Assembly: GCA_051362555.1 (NCBI GenBank)
Contig: CM120649.1
Location: forward strand, 14,818,001-14,882,000
From: Lingula anatina
Lineage: Eukaryota; Animalia; Brachiopoda
Reading direction: 5' to 3'
Length of the DNA stretch: 64,000 nucleotides
A program made the position numbers and the translations under genes. Positions 42,801 to 64,000 of this stretch are shown one piece after another. Numbering within the stretch: position 1 is the stretch's first letter; the number at the start of each line of letters is the position of its first letter. The notes under the pieces are model-generated. The model was not told the origin of the DNA. It searched no databases and saw nothing but the letters and a program-made list of their open reading frames with translations.

Positions 42801-45800
42801 TACACGTGTGCATGCGCGAATGCACGCATACGAGAAAAAAAGCTGACTGTATTAAAATGATGGGCTAATAGGGCCTAAATATTTGGCCGTTTTAGAATAT
42901 CCCTGTGATCCGCGATCTGCATGTTCACGTTGGATAACGCTGAGCTGACGACTAGGAGAAAACGCAGACTTACAGTTCATTACCAATGAAACTATCGTTC
43001 CACAAAGACGTGTTAATCTGATTGCATTCAGCGAAAGTCCATACGGAGTTGGATCGATCTACGTAAAACGATAGCTTTGGGGATGAGATCGTACTGACGT
43101 GATCGGCACTGTTGCAAACTGCATTACTTATAATGCTTCAAAGTAACTCCAGGATAGTGCCCCGACTTACTATACCTGCCTCAACTGTTACAAGGCTGAT
43201 AATTTAAAAATAACCTAGCCGTTTTTTAACTGTTTTTCTACTCTAAACCGTCACTTTTCCAGCTGAGAATAGATCCGTCGTCTCTATCCCTGCATATATT
43301 TAAAGAAAAGGCTATGGAAATCGGGGAATGTTAACGATGAATCAAGAGAAAAACGGTAAAAATCTGATACTTATTGAAGGAAAGGAGTGCCATTAAAGTC
43401 CCTTTTCTTGTAAGTCCTTTTATAGAAAGAAAGCAATAACCTGAAAATTGTCTCGAAACAAAGTATTGCATGCCTAAAAGAATATGAATATTAAAGAAAA
43501 AAAGGATGTTTGAAAATTCAACATAGGACTTTTAAATTAAAAACGTGACAGGCGGGGTTAAAAGCTGGGTTTCATTGTCATTTTTCTAAGGTTAAGGAGA
43601 CTATACGGATGCACGATAAACAAATTGACCTCGAGTTCATTGTATTAGAGCAGAGGACATTGACCTTTCCGTAAACGGTGTCAAAAAAGTTGGCACTGAT
43701 AAAAAGGGATACTGTCTGTAACTATGTTTCCTAAATACTATGGAGAAGTACAGAAAAAATGGCCCAATACATCGGTTCATCATCAATAGTTGTAAAGGGA
43801 AAAAAAGGGAATTTGTTATTTCTGTGGTACCATAAGGTTTCCTTATTCTCCGTGGCAGCGCTTAGGGTACATTTAGCAATTGCGTCTCAATGATAAATCT
43901 TGAAATATTTTTTTCAGGAATTAGTGATAAACCCTGTCACCAGTCAGTCAGACATTAGGTAATTATACAGGCTTCAATAATCTTTAAACATTCGATTGTT
44001 AGTAAAATATTAGCCTATTTTGAATACGCTGTTGGTCACTCTATTAATTATGAAAATGCGTAGTACAAGTACATGTAGCTTTGTTAAGTGGCAGATGTCG
44101 CGTGTTATAGGGCAAGTAGGCGGGTGGTCTCCAGTGCAGATTGTCACGTAATTTTGTCCATGTTTAAACGGTCAGTTCAATATTATTAGTAATATGTCTG
44201 GATCCGTCACATTTCTCCAGCTTAGGCCCCTATCATTTTTTTTTTTTTTTGGCAATGTCGCAAACAAAGCGGAATTAATCTGATTAAATAGCTCTTTCTC
44301 TCTCCATTAACGCCTTGCATATTAGGCACGTACACGAATCAATCGACAGTTATTATTGGCTATTTTCGTAAATCAGCAGTTTTATTAAGAAATCTTCATT
44401 ACACAGCGTCCCTTTTCTCTGTCGATCACTGGCGCGTAAGTTTTATATTGAGCACATTTAGTGAAATCAACAACCGGGAAAGTTTCACGGGTTTGAACTT
44501 TTTAACATTGAATGTGCGTTCTGTTGAGTGTAAATTGGCACTTCCGATCAAGCATTTGAAAGGAAGACAAAGTTCCTATCCGGCGCAGACGATATCGTAA
44601 TCCACACCCATTTACGGCACTTCCGGTAAATGTAAACAGAAAAGAGAAAACGAGCTTGCTAAAAAAGTAATATATTTGGGGTTTTTTATCTAATAACTGC
44701 TTTGTAATTATTTGCAGAACAGGACAAAGGGTAAAGCGGAACTTTGATGCGTGCCTTTTGTTTGAAGGACAAAAGTAAAAACATTTTGTAGAATAGTTTG
44801 AGTTAAAAAATCTATAGGTCTGTTCTTACTGATTCAGCCGGAACCCAAACTGATATTTATACGTTTTTTCTCCCTCATAACCATCGATTGGGACATGTAT
44901 TTCTTTTCATAATACATAAACGAGTAAAGATCCTTTTTCTCTTGGCGATATCGATATGCCTGCATACATCTGTAATGTAACTGGTTGTTTGATAAAAACT
45001 TGCACTGTGAAAGATTTCTTCGTCCCATTTAATACCTTTCCTGCACTTTTCTAAGCGGTTTAATCGCTATATTAGATTCTGGAAATCCCTTTTTCTGTTA
45101 CATAAACAAACAAAACACAAAAGCCAAATTTCCTCTTCAATTTTTGTTCCAGATTGCGTGTTTCAATTGTTGTAGTTTGATCTATATGAGCTATTAGGGC
45201 TTACCATGAAATGTCACTTTATTAAAAAAAATTGGCAAGAAGAGCTGACGTAATAACCTGTAAGTCAAATTCGACCTTTAAGATCAGAGTTAAATGTTCC
45301 CTTGAGGAAAACACTATAAATCCATCCCATCAACAAAATTAAGAATCCCAAGCTACCTTTAACGTGAATCAAATATACAGTATAGATGAACTCGGATAAA
45401 ACAGCTCATGCTGACTTGAAATTACAAAATTAAATTAAGGTCCTCATACACCCTAGGTAAAAATGGCCATCAGATATTTCCTCTTTTCGCATCCAACCCA
45501 TTTATCTACCTATACTCAAACACTACACTGTGGATGATTTAGTGTGACACGGTCATGTCAAATTCTCGCATAAAACATTTCTTAGCAAAGAAAACGACTT
45601 CAGCAGTGTCACCGGCAAAAAGAATAAAAAAATGGCGACAGTGGCGACGATAATCTAATCTCTCCATCTAGCCAATTGTCGTCCTTCAGCTACGTTAAAT
45701 ACCGTGCCTTTATGGAGAATTCTCAACCACTGTAATCAGCCAAGAAATGACGACATGGCAGAAGAGTAATTTACAGCCATAATGATCAGACCCCAGTGTC

Positions 45801-47553
45801 ATTACTGTGCTCCATACAAATTGTGAAACTGAGAAATCCATATATTTTGTTTGGAGTAATAAGTACCCTGTCAGTTTTAGGTTAGCGTCGGAGCATAACC
45901 TTTGTTGTAAAAAAATGGTTAACTTGAGGCCTCTCACGGCTGTGTTACCTTTAACCACTCATTTTGTCTTTCCCTTGCCCCCACCCCTGCCCCCACCCCG
46001 CATACACAAACACATCTCCAACTTTTGTAAAAGAAAAAAAAAAAAAAACGTTCCACCGAGTATTCCAAACTTAGTGTATTTTCAGTTTAAAACGACGCAA
46101 ACACCGACAGAAAGCAGAGGCGCGCGCACAAAAAAAAAAAAAAAAAAAAAACGCGTGTGCGCAACAACGACCATTTACCACTGATATGTCACAAATATAA
46201 CATTACCCCTCTCCAATGTTACCGCCTCCTCCTCCTCCACTCCCCCACCCCCCCCTCTCTCTCTCTCTTCATCGACCCACCCTACCCTCTCTCCTCTTTT
46301 TCTGCCTCCCTTCCCCGTTTCCTCTATTACGTCCTGTCAAGCGTCTTGCTTGTTGTTAATCTGACTGGCCTACAGTTACTTGAAAACACACTGTCAGCTT
46401 GCCATTCGAGTGAATTGTTACAATAATTTAGTACAATATCTTCAAGAACAAAACCGCACTTAAAATGGGAATTAAATCTGCCCAATTAGACAAATTCTTA
46501 AGTGTGATTTTGTTTGTTGAAAAAAGGTCCACTCCTTTTTATTATTATTAGATACATATATGAAGCTCCATCATCATTTCTAAATAAATCATCTTCATTT
46601 TTTTAGTAAACGCTACTCCTTAACCAAGACTATAATTGTTAGCGTTAATCGGGATCTTATCAGTTCGTTTAATCAGATGTTTTTGAAATGTCAAGTACAA
46701 CCTCGCTTGTTAATAACAGTTCCTCGCCAGCAAAGATTTTTCCATAAGGAAATATGGTAATAATAATGACAGTTCATTAAAGTTTATTAGTTTTATCTTT
46801 TTTTGAATAACAGAATCCCCAAGGAGGCACTGAAATACTTATATTTATCGAACCTCAAATCTACACACGTAAAACTTCCATCATAAGGAAAAATTATCAC
46901 CACTCCTCAATTTTTAAGGCGCATTATAATGAGAGTTAAATTAATTTGACTCACTTTTCATTGCCTTTATTACTTGTAATGACCAGTTTTAATGGTTCAA
47001 AATGCGATCTAATGACGTGATGATAATCACAGAACAAATAACTGAACACTTAGACCGAAAGCATTGGTTTTGCCAGTGAAATTAAAATGAACTTGACGAC
47101 GCAGAGGCGCTAAGTGCATTGCCAAGTGTCAAACATGACATTAGAGAAATTTCATTGATTAACAGAAATTTGAGAATATTTACGCTGGATTATTGCAGCG
47201 CCCATTGAATCGTAATAGGGTCATTTCAGAAATCAAAACCTATTTTAACAGCAGATGATTATAGAAATAATGAAATTAATCTCCGTGTGTGTTAAAAACC
47301 ACGTCTATATCACCTTAATCAATGTTTCAAACTACTTGTTAATATTATAAGATCAAATACCGAGAACATGTGCACAAATTATATATACGCAAATGTATTA
47401 AATATTTTAATAAAAAGGGAGAAAAGATGATACTCACGTTTCACACAGTATCCATGTATGTGTGAATAATTTACGTTAATATTCAGTGACATGTACAATG
47501 CACTCAACGTAATACACTATGCATATTCGCATTATACATAAACAATTTCACCT

Positions 47554-47596
<43 letters not shown>

Positions 47597-49899
47597 TTTG
47601 TCTCAGTTCAAGTACAGTGCAATTATACAATGACTTTGACCAGGGAATTATGTCTACAATATAATTCCCTGCTTTGACTTTAAATAACGATATATTCTAA
47701 ACGATACGGTACTAAAACTACAGGTTATCCCTATCGTGGAAATCAGTATATTCAACTTCACGGCAATTTTCCCACGCGAGCACCGTAAACAGATGGAAGA
47801 GATATCTCAATTTTAGGGAGAGTCTAATGCGGGGAATTAGACTAATTTAATAATGTTTCTGGGACTGGTAGATAATCCTAATTGGTATGATTATCGTCCC
47901 ATTCACGTCTTTTAAATATGAAATTTGATATGTGTTGGACATCTGATGTACTTGACGATCAAGTGCACCAATTGAAGAGACGGGGTGGCGAGAAGAGGGG
48001 TGGGGGATGGGGGGGAGTGCAGAGAACGAAGGGGATGGGGAGAAAGGGGGTTAAAGAGAGTAAAAAGTATTTCTGTTATAGAACGCAAAAAGTAAGTGAA
48101 AGGAACACGTTGCAAGTAAAATATTCTTCGAGTTTCAAATTTTTACCATTCCCTTTTTTTATGTAAGAATAATTAAGGGATGGATTTTGTGATAACCTGG
48201 CTTTAATTTCAAAAGGGTAAAAAAAAAGTACCTGGAATCATGAATAATAGGATTCCATTTGTGAGAAGAAAAGTCACGGGAGATATTGGGCAACATGTAT
48301 GAAAATTACAAGCACCAGTATGTGTCTATTTACTCTACTTCATAAAGAAAACGATAGACCAAACATTTTGCGAGGACTGGTACAATACACGACAGACTTA
48401 ATGTTCAAATTTCTTTCAAATTTAGGGCGGCTCGCACAAATTAAGGAAGCCACGATAACAACGCGCTCATTCTTAGTAATAGAACCTTCCTTGGTGAGAG
48501 TTAATTGTTTCGGTATTGAAACAGAATGATGTTTAAAAGACAATTTTGGTTTCGGAAACTAAGCACCGGGGCACGTAAGAAATCGAGTCCGAGTTAAGAT
48601 AATTGGACTTCACTTAATGTCGCATCTCGTTCATTAAAATATAGAAAGAATCCAATTAAATCAAATTACATTATTATGCGCCGTGAATGAGGACGCCGTT
48701 CGCTTTGGCTGATGTTCGGAGGCGGTCTCATTCAACATATTTTTGAATTATAACCCAAACAATCAAATTGTGCTGATTGACTTTCTTTTTAATCGTGATG
48801 AAGCAATTTTACTTAGTAAGACACTTTGGTATTGCTCTCGAACTCTCCATCGTGACGGGCCTTTGTCGTTGTATTTTACGGCCTGGGAACCAAATATTAT
48901 CGTCTGCGCGCACCGCAATCTGCGCATGCTCGGGGCACAGCATTCATTTTGTGCTATACCGAGTTGAGGATAATCACGGAGCTCTGTCGTTAACGTGTTA
49001 ATTAAATCTCTCTCTTACACCTGCCACGAAACAAGCTGCTTTACGCAGGTACTTCGAATTACGATAATGAGTTAAATAGCTCTGTAATTAGATTCAATTA
49101 CACCTGGTAATCTGGAGGCCGCATGGGCGATGGAAATAATTTGTAACTTCCTCGACCACAGCTGGTTGGTTCGTTTATTTATATATAATAACGTCTCCCT
49201 GTCAACTCGGAACATAAGCCGTGAGGTACTGAACGAGTATATCGGTGTGCAGTGTTGCTACTGACCAAAGAACACTTTTTACTCAACTATCAATGGGAAG
49301 GACATTGTAAACGAAAATTCACCATCGGATAAAGGCTGTGACCCAACCGCGGCAAAGGCAGCGGAAGGCTTGATCTTAACTTTGTCAGGAAATTTCCAAT
49401 CCTTTGTGGGAATACTGGAAGAATTGTGCAGCAAAGGTTTCGAGCATTGTGTATTTGCGGTTTAACGCGATTAAATCAAATTATAAGTCTTTAACAGTGA
49501 AGGTGTTTTAGATCAAACCATGTTTCTGTATTTTGAATTTGTTGGGAGCATTAGTCTTCAACACAGGTAAAAGATATATCTATATTGAACAGAATACTAT
49601 GTAGTTTAAACACTTTACAGTGGGGTCAAAAATCACGAACACTGGTTAATGACATAGCATAGCCGGGGGGGGGGGGGGGGGGGGGGAGGTCTTAGAGTGC
49701 GTTCTTTGGACAGTCCAATCCAGTAATTCACCAATCTATTAATTCAGATCTTATCAAGCTCTTGCACTTGTCAACGCGTGTGAAAGCAGTAATAATTTCT
49801 CCCTTAATCATAGGCAAAGGTACAGCTATAATTTTATCTCTTTATTGTAGTGGTTATTAGGGACCGGAGGACCAGCATTGCTGCAGGCAAGCCACTCAA

Positions 49900-63559
<13,660 letters not shown>

Positions 63560-64000
63560 CAAAAAAGACAAAGACTCATCAGACTGCATCTAAGTCTCTA
63601 AATTTGTGAATCGTTACGATGGGTTTTTTGACAAGAGTTTTGCCATCTTCGCATTTAGCTTACGTCACTTTTATTTCGATATGGATGTCTCAAAAATGCC
63701 AAAATTACCTCGGTTAAGGGTTTGAAAATGGTAATTTAAAGACTGATAAAGATGTAAGGTTAGGTTAGACACATAAAAGATGCGTGCGTAAGATTATAGT
63801 AGGCCCTACGTGTATTTACTCTACTTGTTTTAATATAAGAGCTAACCAAATGTAGGCTACTTATGTTAGACGAAGACATACCAATGGACGAAACGTTTGG
63901 GGAAAAAATACAATAACGGGTGTATATAATGATGTGTAGTTTGACTGATATCGCATTGACATAATGATACTTCTTTCCAGCTTAGGCTTATATTGTGCAT

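Noticed and set aside
39489-42846. Several 80-140 aa ORFs between POLA1 and Arx
   Set aside because: No recognisable domains, low-complexity runs and no consistent splice structure; treated as non-coding.

Overview
AT-rich, intron-rich invertebrate animal DNA (bilaterian; mollusc/lophotrochozoan is a guess from repeat content). It contains (1) a complete 37-coding-exon DNA polymerase alpha catalytic subunit gene (POLA1, + strand, 5578-34880, 4476 nt CDS, 1491 aa, reconstructed by hand, all introns GT-AG and in phase); (2) a complete 3-coding-exon aristaless/ARX paired-class Q50 homeobox gene (+ strand, 50505-63559, 460 aa, C-terminal OAR domain); and (3) the 5' end of a divergently transcribed minus-strand gene (exon 3769-3870), possibly PCYT1. 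This reproduces the vertebrate PCYT1B-POLA1-ARX neighbourhood, but with Arx in tandem rather than convergent orientation. The enlarged POLA1 introns lie on the Arx-proximal side and carry CpG-retaining, motif-dense blocks, suggesting an old genomic regulatory block. The most unusual leads are a candidate alternative first exon in Arx intron 1 (MSKLRRRRP-R) that splices in frame to the second half of the homeodomain, a 70-bp copy of POLA1 exon 9 inserted at a C22 tract with microhomology, and local duplications of POLA1 splice sites and of the stop-codon region. Harbinger-type MITEs, Helentron-like elements, a 43-bp minisatellite and many microsatellites are also present. Most ORFs in the supplied track are spurious or partial exons.
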